A DNA stretch of 64,000 nt from Candidatus Parcubacteria bacterium (GCA_026395595.1 JAPLYL010000005.1:76853-140852), one strand, 5' to 3'. Shown: positions 28,887 through 38,692, numbered from the stretch's first letter. The notes: a model not told the origin generated them from the letters alone. A program made the numbers and translations.

Positions 28887-29170
28887 TGATATATTCTACC
28901 ACAAATTTATTCGGGCAAAAATAAAACCCCATCAAATGATGGAGTTTGGCTTGCTATCCTTGGTACGCCTGTTGTTTATCGCATGACTCTGCATCGCACA
29001 GGATTTTATCCTTCTCGGGTGCTTCCCGAGAATTGCACTATCACAAAAGAGCTTGATACTGCGGATACGGGTATTTTTTGTGCCCGGGCATCGCATTACC
29101 ATAATACACTTTTCACATAATATGTCAAGTATTCTCCAAATCTCACCGGCGTGTTATCATTATCAGCATA

Positions 29171-30897
29171 TGGAAAAAACAGACCAACTCTATAAAATAC
29201 GCCACTCGCTCGCCCATCTTTTGGCGATAGCCGCTTTGGAACACGATCCGAATGCCAAGCTCACCATCGGCCCCGTGGTAGATAACGGCTTCTATTACGA
29301 TATTGATTTCTCGGAAGGCAAAGCTCCGACTCCTGAAGACCTGAAAAAAATTCAGAAGACGATGAAGAAACTTGCCGGCCGGAAACTTCCCTTCACTAAA
29401 AGAACGCTGACCGATGACGAAGCCAAAAAAATGTTTGCCGACAATCCTTACAAAATGGAATTGATTGAAGGCATCATCAAAGAAGGAGAAAAAGCGACCG
29501 TCTATGATACGGGAGAATTCACCGATCTTTGCGAAGGCCCGCACGTGGAAAATACGGGAGAAATAGACACCGATGCTTTCAAAATAGATCACATCGCCGG
29601 CGCCTATTGGAGAGGAAACGAAAAGAACAAAATGCTCACGCGCATTTACGGCCTCGCCTTTGAGACTGCAAAAGATTTGGATGACTATCTCAAAATGATA
29701 GAAGAAGCAAAAAAGCGGGACCACCGAAAACTTGGAAAAGAACTTGACCTCTTCACGTTTTCAGACCTCGTCGGCCCGGGACTTCCGCTCTGGACTCCAA
29801 AAGGAACGGTACTCCGCGAAACGCTTGACGGTTTCGTCCGCGAACTTCGCGAAAAACACGGATACCAAAGAGTAACCATTCCCCACATCACCAAAAAAGC
29901 GCTGTACGAAACTTCCGGCCATTGGGCAAAATTCTCCGAAGAACTTTTCAAAATCACGACTCGCGAAGGAAAAGAATACGCGATGAAGCCAATGAACTGT
30001 CCGCACCACACGCAGATATTTGCGCGCACACAGTGGAGCTACCGTGATATGCCCCAGCGATATGCCGAAACAACGATGGTCTATCGCGATGAACAATCGG
30101 GAGAGCTCGGAGGTTTAACCCGCGTTCTTTCCATTACACAGGACGATGCTCACGTCTTCGCCCGCCCGAACCAGATCAAAGAAGAATTCTTCGCCATTTG
30201 GGATATCATTAATACCGTCTACGAAACATTCGGATTTGAACTGCGCGTCAGGCTCTCTTTCCACAACCCCGAAGCATTTGAGAAATATCTCGGTACGAAA
30301 GAAGTATGGGAAAAAGCAGAAAATGCCATTCGAGAGATAGCGAAGGAGAGAAATGCAAACTACTTTGAAGCTCCGGGAGAAGCCGCCATGTACGGCCCGA
30401 AACTGGACTTCATGGCGAAAGATTCGCTTGGACGCGAACATCAGGTGGCGACCATACAATTGGACATGAACCTCCCCGAGCGCTTTGACCTTTTCTGTAT
30501 CAATGAAAAAGGAGAAAAAGAAAGAGTGGTTATGATCCACTGCGCCATCATGGGTTCTATTGAACGATTCTCCGCAGTACTTTTAGAGCATCTCGCGGGA
30601 AACCTCCCCTTCCGTTTCTCTCCCGTTCAAGTCTATGTGCTTCCCATCACCGACGTGCATGAAGAGTATGCACGAGAAGTACTCGCAATGCTCAAAAATG
30701 CCGACATCCGAACGGAATTCCACAACGAATCCGAAACCCTCGGCAAAAAGATCCGAAACGGCAAACTCCAAAAAATCCCCTATCTCTTGGTCATCGGAGA
30801 TAAAGAAGTCGCCGACAAAACCGTCACGATAGAATCCCGAGGAGAAGAAACCAAAGGCGCCGTACCTCTCTCCGAACTTTTAGAAAACTTAAAATAG
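29171..30897 (+). CDS. thrS: threonine--tRNA ligase (lacks N-terminal TGS domain)
   Basis: HSLAHLL editing-domain motif. Class II aaRS motifs. C-terminal anticodon-binding domain. ATG at 29171 chosen; the upstream part of the track ORF has no similarity. Confidence 0.9.
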
Positions 30898-30904
30898 AAA
30901 CAAA

Positions 30905-30960
30905 AATCTCCCGATAAATATCGGGAGATTTTTTATTTATTGCCGGTTCGGGGTTGCACC
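30905..30960 (+). terminator. tandem hairpins after thrS
   Basis: ATCTCCCGATA-AAT-ATCGGGAGAT plus T-run, then CCGGTTCGGGGT-TGCA-CCCCGAACCG. Confidence 0.65.
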
Positions 30961-30979
30961 CCGAACCGAAACATTTGAA

Positions 30980-31621
30980 TTACACAGCCAAGTAAACCAA
31001 AGCTCTTCCTTTTAATCCGTTTGTTTTAATCTTCCCTTCTTTCACGAGTTGAGAAAGATATCGCTCTGCTGTTTTATCGGAAATGTGCAAAAGTTTTTCC
31101 ACTTCGTCGTTCGTAATTTTCCCTTTCTTTCCCATTTCAACCAAAATCCGATCAAGTTTCTTCCGTTTCCGAAATTGCAATTTCTCCCTCGCTTTTATAA
31201 GAAGCTCCTGCAGAAAATTTCGTTTGTTTTCCACTATCGGCAAAGGGATAATGACAGGAGGAACAACAACATCAGCAATAACTGTCGGAGCAACCGGCAC
31301 GTTATTTTGAATTTCAGAGACAGCAGGAACATCTCCGCTCAAACCCTCCGTCATTCCGGCCCCCGAGCCGGAATCCACGTTGTCTGACACAGCAACGGTT
31401 TCTACTGGCATCAAAATCGATTCTGCAGGAATAACCCCACCCGCAGGAGGAGTTTCCGCCACGACAACCGGTTCAACCACCGTCTGGATTTCTTCCCCCA
31501 CAGGAGCAACCGCACCCGCCTCACCCGGCGCTATTTCAACAGAAGTTTCAACCGTTTGAATAATCTCACCGTTCCCCGTTTCTTCTTCAATGATTTTATT
31601 ATTTTCAGTTTCTGTTGGCAT
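30980..31621 (-). CDS. hypothetical protein with Pro/Val/Glu-rich low-complexity N-region and C-terminal winged-HTH
   Basis: C-terminal ITNDEVEKLLHISDKTAERYLSQLVKEG resembles an HTH. Confidence 0.45.
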   Translation of the reverse strand: MPTETENNKIIEEETGNGEIIQTVETSVEIAPGEAGAVAPVGEEIQTVVEPVVVAETPPAGGVIPAESILMPVETVAVSDNVDSGSGAGMTEGLSGDVPAVSEIQNNVPVAPTVIADVVVPPVIIPLPIVENKRNFLQELLIKAREKLQFRKRKKLDRILVEMGKKGKITNDEVEKLLHISDKTAERYLSQLVKEGKIKTNGLKGRALVYLAV

Positions 31622-31652
31622 AGTTATATTTTAACGAAAACAATGGCAGATG

Positions 31653-32036
31653 TCACGATTTCCCGCTATTTTTTAAATAAGCCTTTATCCTTTCTTTATC
31701 TTCGTTTATTTTCTCGCCTTTAAAATACATTTCAAGGAATTCAATTTTGTTCTCGTTTTTGTAATAAACATAAATAACTCGTACTCCGCTAAAAACACCC
31801 CGTCCTTTCAAGGATTTGCAAGCAAACTTTTTTATTTTACAAACAACGATTTCCTCTGTGCAAAAATTCGGTATTGGGAAAATGGAGTGATTATCAATTT
31901 CTCGTACATGATACAGTTCAATCGCATTTTGTTTGACCATTTCCATGTCCTCAACAATACTCCTGAATTTTTTGAGGAGGCGTTTTACGTCCTTTTCAAA
32001 TTCTTCCGTGGTTTTATATTGCATCCTGTTCGTCAT
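31653..32036 (-). CDS. putative RelE/ParE-superfamily toxin (HigB/Gp49-like)
   Basis: C-terminal KGRGVFSGVRVIYVYYKNENKIEFLEMYFKGEK matches the RelE/ParE core. Its start overlaps the stop of the upstream XRE gene (ATGcaaTATAAa), typical TA coupling. Confidence 0.5.
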   Translation of the reverse strand: MTNRMQYKTTEEFEKDVKRLLKKFRSIVEDMEMVKQNAIELYHVREIDNHSIFPIPNFCTEEIVVCKIKKFACKSLKGRGVFSGVRVIYVYYKNENKIEFLEMYFKGEKINEDKERIKAYLKNSGKS

Positions 32037-32808
32037 ATTCGCGCACGGACGTTTCTTCCGTTCGGTAAAATACAGACTCATAATTGATCGGCCTTCCTTC
32101 CTCCGCAACAATCCACGGGATATCTTTATGGGAAAGATTTGAAAGTTCTGTGGCGGTTTTATCCGAAAGCCGTTCAAGAACTTCATCAATATGCTTTATC
32201 TCGCGCGCCGTAAAATCGGAAACATCGGCTCTTTTATGTGGGAGATATTTTGTTTGCTCATGTTCAAAATATTTGCTTTTGACTTGTTCAATAGCCCCTT
32301 CTTTTTCCATTTGAGTGACAATTTTTGCAAAAGCCACAGGCGTAGGCCCGTAATGGTTTTTTATATACAAAGCGCCAATAAGCTGTTCTTCATATTTTTC
32401 GTAATAGTCAAAATCAATAAAATACAGAAGTTTATACAAAACCGTCATGCCGACATTTGGTTTCCCTCCGACTTTTCCAAGGATATACAAAAGCGACTCT
32501 TTAAACTTTTCCACCTTTTCAGCAGGAACACTCACGCGCATTTCCGGCTCTTTTCCTCCGCCAGCCGGCGGATTCTTTTTTTCTTCTTTGAGAGTAACTT
32601 GTATCTCTTTATTGTCACCGCAAATAAGCCGTTCAAATGACATATCAAAAATACCGGCGAGTTTTTCCGCTTGAGAAAGCGTCAATTCACGCTCGCCTTT
32701 TTCAATGGCGACATATGAAGGGCGGGAAAGACCCAATTTTTCGGCAATAAATCCCTGCGAAAGACCGTTTTTCTTTCGCATTTTGTGTAAAATTGTTGGA
32801 TTGATCAT
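32014..32808 (-). CDS. XRE-family HTH fused to Panacea (DUF4065/SocA-like) domain, putative antitoxin
   Basis: N-terminal MRKKNGLSQGFIAEKLGLSRPSYVAIEKGER (HTH_3). C-terminal LYKLLYFIDFDYYEKYEEQLIGALYIKNHYGPTP matches the DUF4065 core. Confidence 0.6.
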   Translation of the reverse strand: MINPTILHKMRKKNGLSQGFIAEKLGLSRPSYVAIEKGERELTLSQAEKLAGIFDMSFERLICGDNKEIQVTLKEEKKNPPAGGGKEPEMRVSVPAEKVEKFKESLLYILGKVGGKPNVGMTVLYKLLYFIDFDYYEKYEEQLIGALYIKNHYGPTPVAFAKIVTQMEKEGAIEQVKSKYFEHEQTKYLPHKRADVSDFTAREIKHIDEVLERLSDKTATELSNLSHKDIPWIVAEEGRPINYESVFYRTEETSVREYDEQDAI

Positions 32809-32820
32809 ATATTGCAGTAT

Positions 32821-32853
32821 ACACTATGTACATATATTTTACAAGTATAGTGT
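32821..32853. promoter_or_regulatory. inverted repeat ACACTAT-N19-ATAGTGT upstream of the XRE gene (putative operator)
   Basis: Perfect 7-bp inverted repeat plus nested ATGTACAT palindrome, 13-45 nt upstream of the XRE start. Confidence 0.4.
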
Positions 32854-33263
32854 GAATAAGTTTGACATTTGCGAACGCATCGCGCTACTTTTAAATTATA
32901 CTTTCAATAAGCTTTCTCTCTTCAAGAGATTCGGCGAAAGAAATTTCGTTTTATTTTTCTCCATAAGAAATAAATACTCGTGATATTTTCCATCGCTGTT
33001 TATCCATTCATTCGTCCACCGCATATTTCCCATAACATTTTTTTTATAATCAATTTCAACCGCCTTGAGTAATTTTCCGGACTCATTGATGATATTATTC
33101 AGTTCTTGCTTTGTTGCTCTCCCGCCGGAACTGTATAGGCAAAGGGGGTCAGCAAATGGGGTCAGACCCATTATTTTTGTAACAAATGGGGTCAGGACTC
33201 TGTTTTCTCACTCCACCGTCCGCTTCGGCGTTAGCAGTGTTTGTTCAGTGCCTTCGACTGACT

Positions 33264-34175
33264 TTATATTTTCACTTTTTTAATTTCCGAAAGATATGCT
33301 AATTTTGTACAAATTCGCATGCTGCGCTCAATTGTTTTAGGAAGCGCGGTTTCAAGAACCCAAAATGACAAAACTACATAGATAACCGTAAGAAAGTTAT
33401 TTTCAAAAACTCTCCATAATGATCTAGAGTAGTAGTGCGTGTACACGAAATACCAATACAAAGAAAAATGCACGCTTGAATACACAATCACGCTCCATCG
33501 AGACACCTTAAGTCCGATAAAATCGATCTTCTTACTTTCTTTTAACGATTCGGATTCTTTTATTTTTTTCTCATCTATCGTTCCAAATTTTGTGCTAATG
33601 GTTTCTCCATTTCGTTTTTCTTCCTCAAAAATATAATTATATATGTATCTATTCCCCGAAATCGCAAACAGCACCCAGTGAAATATTTTTCCTATCCCAA
33701 GTAGAACATTTTTAGCAACCGTTCGCCAAAAATATATTTTTGTTCGCAAGAAGAATCCTCGTATCGGTCGCGTGTTTTTAATATGCTGTTCATAAATTTT
33801 TTTCAGAATGTCGTTACCGCTAATTTTTTTGTTTCCGCTATATAATTCTCCTTTGCATGGATCGTAAAAATATTCGTTCGGAAATTCTGCGTCTAACGGT
33901 TCGGATAATTTTTGCTCGGAACGCATTTGAACACCTCCTTCAACCCGTTTACCATACGATACGTGGATATTCAGTGGTTTTTTAATGATTGATGTGTCAG
34001 TCAGAATCGCTCGTGGAATGTATATCTGAAAAAGAGAAGTATATACAGCATCCTCTCCACCAATTTTTTTTTGAAAACTGAAACCGTTTTCTACACCCTC
34101 AAATTTCACAACATCAGTAAATCCGTGTTTTTCAGGTTCAAATTTCTTTATGAAAATATCATTTAAATTGTTCAT
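33264..34175 (-). CDS. hypothetical protein with soluble N-domain and C-terminal multi-TM region
   Basis: 303-aa ORF. No recognisable motif. Three hydrophobic helices in the C-terminal 120 aa. Confidence 0.45.
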   Translation of the reverse strand: MNNLNDIFIKKFEPEKHGFTDVVKFEGVENGFSFQKKIGGEDAVYTSLFQIYIPRAILTDTSIIKKPLNIHVSYGKRVEGGVQMRSEQKLSEPLDAEFPNEYFYDPCKGELYSGNKKISGNDILKKIYEQHIKNTRPIRGFFLRTKIYFWRTVAKNVLLGIGKIFHWVLFAISGNRYIYNYIFEEEKRNGETISTKFGTIDEKKIKESESLKESKKIDFIGLKVSRWSVIVYSSVHFSLYWYFVYTHYYSRSLWRVFENNFLTVIYVVLSFWVLETALPKTIERSMRICTKLAYLSEIKKVKI

Positions 34176-34465
34176 AAATTAGCTATGTGGATAAATATTT
34201 AGCAAGAATCCAGGACGATCACGATTATTTCAATAATTGTGTTTACAGAATAGCATATATTTTAAGCGGGGAAAACAGGACGACAACGAACGGACGATAA
34301 TTTGTGTGCTTCTCACTCTATTCCGATGTGGCCACAAGTCACTAAGTATATTTCTTCGCTTCGCTCGAAATCTACTAAGTGCTTGCCGACCCCGCCTCAC
34401 CTGCCCGTGCTCGGGCATGGCTCCGGCCTCACAAAACGCCGAAAAGCAAAGAAGTTTGCTTTTCT

Positions 34466-34498
34466 AAAAAATCTCCCGCACGGTTAGCGGGAGATTTT
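34466..34498. terminator. hairpin terminator downstream of tRNA-Glu
   Basis: AATCTCCCGC-ACGGTTA-GCGGGAGATT flanked by A6 and T6. Confidence 0.6.
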
Positions 34499-34508
34499 TT
34501 GCGTTTTG

Positions 34509-34580
34509 TGACCCTACAGGGAATCGAACCCTGGTTTTATCCGTGAGAGGGATATGTCCTAGCCGCTAGACGATAGGGCC
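34509..34580 (-). tRNA. tRNA-Glu (anticodon CUC)
   Basis: Cloverleaf derived by hand: acceptor GGCCCTA/TAGGGTC, D-arm GTC-TAGCGGCTAG-GAC, anticodon stem TATCC/GGATA with loop CTCTCAC (U33, CUC, A37), T-arm CAGGG-TTCGATT-CCCTG. Close to E. coli tRNA-Glu. No encoded CCA. Confidence 0.85.
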
Positions 34581-34800
34581 TTATGGCTACATGGTAGAAT
34601 ATAGCATGTTTTGGGGAAAAATCAAAAAATACGTAGTGACTGCTCACACTCCTTAGTAACGCAAAAATCTCTTTAGCGCCGCTACACCAAGGGCAGTCCT
34701 TTCCCTGTCATTCCGCTTCGCTCCATTCCTCCTTAAGGACTGCCCTTGTTTCCGCTTGTCGTGGTAAACGTAGATTCCGGCTCGCGGGCAGGAATGACGG

Positions 34801-36120
34801 TTACCTTACTTTCCACTCTTCGCTTTGTCGTACCAAGAGTTCCGCTTTCCTTTCCGGTTCGGACATTATTTCTTCTATGGTTTGTTCCATACGAATTTTA
34901 TTGGTGCCGGAGCCTTGGGAGCCTTTGACCAGAATAATATCGCCGTCGTCTATAATCTTTTCCAGATATTTTCCGGCTTCTCGGGAAGAATCAAATTGGT
35001 AGATATTGTTTTCATTCATTTTGGCATCAAGCGCGCCGTCCGCGATTCCCCGTCCGCGGATGCCGACCGTTACCAAAATATCACAGAATGAAGCGGTGAT
35101 GGCGCCAATCTTTTTGTGCTCTTCTTTGGAGTACTTGCCAAGTTCAAGCATATCGCCCAAGACCGCAATTTTCTTGCCATAGCATTTGATCTCTTCCAGT
35201 GTTCCGAGCGCTGCGGTTACCGCAACGGGAGAAGCGTTGTAGGAATCATCAATGATAAGCGTTTTTTTGATGCCGGGGATGATTCTCATTCTTCCGGGAG
35301 GCAAAGCGACTTCCGACAACCCTTCCGAGATTTCTACCAAATTTATTCCCGCCGACATGCCCAGAGCGGCGGTTGCGGCTGACGAGTACGCCATGTTATT
35401 TCCCAATGTTCCTTTGATTCTTACCGGCAGGCTTATTTCTCCCGCATCAAGACGGAAGATAACTCCATCGGGGGATTTCCTTTCCAAGTCATCTTCCTTA
35501 TATAAGACAGAAACATGAGAAGCCTTCACATCTGATTCCTCGCTAAAACCATAGGTTTTCGTTTTCCCTTTCCATTTTTCTTTGAGCGCGAGCACTTTCG
35601 GGTCGTCATGATTCAATATCAAAATTCCGTCTTTCTTCAGAGCGCCCACGAGCAAACTTTTTTCCGCAATAACCGCATCAGGAGAAGTGAAGTATTCCAC
35701 ATGCACGGGGACATCGGCAAAACGCGTAACAATGATGGCATCGGGATATATCCATTCCGCCGCTTCTTTCATATCGCCCGGTCGGTCAACGCCGATTTCC
35801 AAAACAAGCCATTCGGGGTATTCATGCTTTTTCAAAACGAGAAAAAGTCCAGCGAAGATATTTTTTGCCCAACCGATAGGATTATTCCACGCATTCTCGC
35901 AGCCGAGAATCGTCAGAGGAATGCCAATGTCAGAGTTGAAACTTTTCTCGCTTTTTCGCACGAAAAATTCGCGGGAAAGCACCGAGTAAGCGGCGTCTTT
36001 CGTAGAGGTCTTTCCGACGCTTCCAATCACCGCAACAATCTTCGGTTTATATTTTCTGAGCACGGCCGTTGCTTCCGCACGGAGAATAACGGCGATTATT
36101 TTTTTTGCAATATTTTTCAT
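34801..36120 (-). CDS. murF: UDP-N-acetylmuramoyl-tripeptide--D-alanyl-D-alanine ligase
   Basis: Mur ligase P-loop GSVGKTSTK. Central and C-terminal Mur ligase domains. Confidence 0.85.
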   Translation of the reverse strand: MKNIAKKIIAVILRAEATAVLRKYKPKIVAVIGSVGKTSTKDAAYSVLSREFFVRKSEKSFNSDIGIPLTILGCENAWNNPIGWAKNIFAGLFLVLKKHEYPEWLVLEIGVDRPGDMKEAAEWIYPDAIIVTRFADVPVHVEYFTSPDAVIAEKSLLVGALKKDGILILNHDDPKVLALKEKWKGKTKTYGFSEESDVKASHVSVLYKEDDLERKSPDGVIFRLDAGEISLPVRIKGTLGNNMAYSSAATAALGMSAGINLVEISEGLSEVALPPGRMRIIPGIKKTLIIDDSYNASPVAVTAALGTLEEIKCYGKKIAVLGDMLELGKYSKEEHKKIGAITASFCDILVTVGIRGRGIADGALDAKMNENNIYQFDSSREAGKYLEKIIDDGDIILVKGSQGSGTNKIRMEQTIEEIMSEPERKAELLVRQSEEWKVR

Positions 36121-36147
36121 AAGAAAACAAAATTAAAATGAGACCCG

Positions 36148-36585
36148 CTAGGCATATTCTTTTTTTGTTTCTTCAAAACGATTTGAAATCCCCGCAATTT
36201 TAACAAAAATATTATATTCTTCTCTGGTAAGAACGATGAAATCTTTTCCCAGCGTTTCCAACTCAAGACGTTTGTCATAATGCCTAACCATGGCCAGAAC
36301 TTCCTCTTTTTCTTCATTGGTAAAACTTTGGAACTCCAATCGTCCGATTCTTGTTTCTATACTCCCCATTCGAGACTCAAGGCCATCCATTCTAGACTCT
36401 ATGCCGTCCATTCTGGATTCTATTCTCTCCATTTTTATCTCCATATTATCCATTCTGGAATCTAGTCTATCTATTCTACCGCCAAGACGTTCTTCAAGAC
36501 CTTGAAAACCCGCTTGCATCATTTGAGCAAGATCTTCAAGACTCATATTGCTATCTTTTTCTTTTTTGTCTGTCATAGATATCAT
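36148..36585 (-). CDS. coiled-coil protein with 7-aa repeats (ESRMDGI-like), function unknown
   Basis: Heptad repeats IESRMDG/LESRMGS encoded by a 21-bp DNA repeat around 36340-36470. Sits between ftsI and murF. Confidence 0.5.
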   Translation of the reverse strand: MISMTDKKEKDSNMSLEDLAQMMQAGFQGLEERLGGRIDRLDSRMDNMEIKMERIESRMDGIESRMDGLESRMGSIETRIGRLEFQSFTNEEKEEVLAMVRHYDKRLELETLGKDFIVLTREEYNIFVKIAGISNRFEETKKEYA

Positions 36586-36618
36586 AATACATCAACGATT
36601 ATTGTTTTTCAAACTTCA

Positions 36619-38349
36619 TTACCTATCCGGCGGAACTTCGTAATACGTTAGCAAGAATTTCGTGAGTTCCATGAAGGGCGCGGTCAAGGTATGAGAAGCA
36701 TATTCCTCTCCTCTCGGATTTACGACATACAAAAACACCAGAAACTTCGGATCGTAGGCAGGAAAATAGCCGAAGAAAGAATGAAGGTAACGGTCATCGT
36801 AATATCCCGCCCCGCCCCCTTGCGAAATCTGCGCGGTTCCCGTTTTGGCGGCAATACTGTAATTCGGCATTTTAACCGTACCGCCAAGCAAAGCTTTATC
36901 AACGACCGTCACCAACATTCGAGTAATATCTTCGGAAGTTTTCTGTTTTAAAACTCGCGGCCCTTCTTCTATCGGATACTCTTTGGTTATCCCCGCTGGA
37001 TAGAGCGTATTTTTTAAGATATGCGGTTCTACCAGAGTACCGCCATTTCCCAAAGCACAGAGGGCGCGGGCAACGCCTACCGGAGTGAGTGAAATTCCCT
37101 GTCCGAACGAAGCGGTCGCGCTTTCCACAAGGGTAGACCTTTTAAGGTTTTCTATGTTTCCCGGCACTTCCCCGGGAATATCTATCCTCGTCGTTTCGCC
37201 GAGCTCATACGAGTTCATATATTTCGCAAAGCTTTCCTTCCCCATCTGTCTCATCACAAAAACCATTCCGGTGTTCAGAGATTGATTGAGGACTTCCTGC
37301 ATCGGGATATTTTGTCCGCGTCCTTTGCCGTCGTAGTTTGATATTTTTTTCTTGTCTACAATGAGATACCCGAGACTGTCGTTGTATGTCGTCTTTGCCG
37401 TTACTTTCCCCGCGTCAATCCCCGCTGCCATGACAAGGGGCTTTACGACAGACCCCATTTCATAGGTATTTTCAACAAGAGGATTGTTAAAGACAGAAAC
37501 ATTCTTTTCTTTGGAAACATCGTTCGGGTCAAATCTCGGAACCGTGCCCATCGCATAGATTGCCCCCGTCTTCGGATCAATGATGATACCGCCAACCTCG
37601 CCGCTGGCGTATTTCGTTTTTATGTAATCAAGCTGTTTTTCCAATTCGGACTGAACCGTCGGTTCTATCGTAAGAGCAATATCCCCTTTTATTTTTTCCG
37701 TCGGATCAACCGCGGTCTTTACCGAAGAAAAAGCTTCCGCAAAAAAGTTTCGCCGAGACCCGCCGTTGCTTTTGTTGAGAACAGAGTCATAATATCGTTC
37801 TAATCCATATCTTCCTGAAAGGGTCTTTCCGTCTTGTTCATATCCCATAAAGCCCAGCACATGCGCACCCAAAGTTTCGCTCGGATAGTAGCGCCAGTTC
37901 TCCCGAAAAACTCCAACTCCTATAATTTTCAACTCCTGAATTTTTTCCGCCGTCGCCTCGGGGAGACGATGAGCGATTATCTCTGACTTATCGCTTTTTT
38001 TCGTCGCCTGCAACAAAAAAGCGTCCCTCTCCAAGGGGATAATATCTTTCAATTTTAGGTAAACTTTCTCAGCATTGGAAATTTGATCGGGATTCAATTC
38101 AACAAAAAACCCTGTTCGGGTCGTAGCAGCAGAGACAAGATTGCCGTCTTTTTCGGTGAAATAAATAGTATTCCGTTCAAATTGACTGATGAGGGACTGA
38201 TATTTTTTCTCTGCTTTGTCGCGATATTCTCCACCTTTCACTGCCTGCAACAAATACAACTGTCCAATGAGTACGACAGAGATAAATATCACGACGGAAT
38301 AGAGAAACCAAATTCTATTGTGTCCTAAAGACCTATCGGTCATGATCAA
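36619..38349 (-). CDS. ftsI: penicillin-binding protein, transpeptidase (FtsI/PBP2-like)
   Basis: N-terminal TM, dimerisation domain, SxxK (GSVVKP), SxN (SLN), KTG (AKTGTA). Confidence 0.85.
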   Translation of the reverse strand: MIMTDRSLGHNRIWFLYSVVIFISVVLIGQLYLLQAVKGGEYRDKAEKKYQSLISQFERNTIYFTEKDGNLVSAATTRTGFFVELNPDQISNAEKVYLKLKDIIPLERDAFLLQATKKSDKSEIIAHRLPEATAEKIQELKIIGVGVFRENWRYYPSETLGAHVLGFMGYEQDGKTLSGRYGLERYYDSVLNKSNGGSRRNFFAEAFSSVKTAVDPTEKIKGDIALTIEPTVQSELEKQLDYIKTKYASGEVGGIIIDPKTGAIYAMGTVPRFDPNDVSKEKNVSVFNNPLVENTYEMGSVVKPLVMAAGIDAGKVTAKTTYNDSLGYLIVDKKKISNYDGKGRGQNIPMQEVLNQSLNTGMVFVMRQMGKESFAKYMNSYELGETTRIDIPGEVPGNIENLKRSTLVESATASFGQGISLTPVGVARALCALGNGGTLVEPHILKNTLYPAGITKEYPIEEGPRVLKQKTSEDITRMLVTVVDKALLGGTVKMPNYSIAAKTGTAQISQGGGAGYYDDRYLHSFFGYFPAYDPKFLVFLYVVNPRGEEYASHTLTAPFMELTKFLLTYYEVPPDR

Positions 38350-38692
38350 GCATAGTTAAAACCGGAGTACGAGAAACGTAGTCAATCTCGGAAACATCCT
38401 TATACCCCAAACCTTTGGCATTATTCAAATCCAAATTCCTTGCGAGAGCGATATATTCCGATTCCAGACTGGCAATAGCTGAATTGGCAGATTTTACATC
38501 ACTTTCTATTGATTCCCTCGCTACAATATGCAAAATGGTGGAGCTGATAACATACATATAGAAAACAATGGCGCAAAAAATGAGGGAAGCCAGCAGCCAG
38601 AACATTTTTTGTTCAAAATCATACAACGATATTGATTTGATTTGAATGTTTTCTTGCATTGTTTTTTTGTTTATCTTATAAAGACTTTTCAA
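38333..38692 (-). CDS. cell division protein FtsL-like (TM plus coiled coil)
   Basis: TTG start with GAGGA RBS. Single TM then coiled coil. Position between rsmH and ftsI. Confidence 0.5.
   Translation of the reverse strand: MKSLYKINKKTMQENIQIKSISLYDFEQKMFWLLASLIFCAIVFYMYVISSTILHIVARESIESDVKSANSAIASLESEYIALARNLDLNNAKGLGYKDVSEIDYVSRTPVLTMLDHDR

Noticed and set aside
28920-29170. Possible T-box riboswitch upstream of thrS
   Set aside because: No match to the conserved T-box core (AGGGTGGNACCGCG) or an obvious specifier-loop context. Kept only as a generic long-leader observation.
29053-29170. N-terminal extensions of the track ORFs for thrS (29053), mraZ (40209), 3081-3515 and 53346-54677
   Set aside because: The extensions lack similarity to the protein families, lack RBS, and overlap regulatory repeats or neighbouring genes. 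Internal starts with RBS or family-typical N-termini were chosen instead.
32896-33171. 91-aa minus-strand ORF between the XRE gene and the 303-aa hypothetical
   Set aside because: Its 5-prime part is made of the GGGGTCAG repeat block, and there is no RBS or motif. Left unannotated as a CDS and treated as possible decayed or non-coding sequence.
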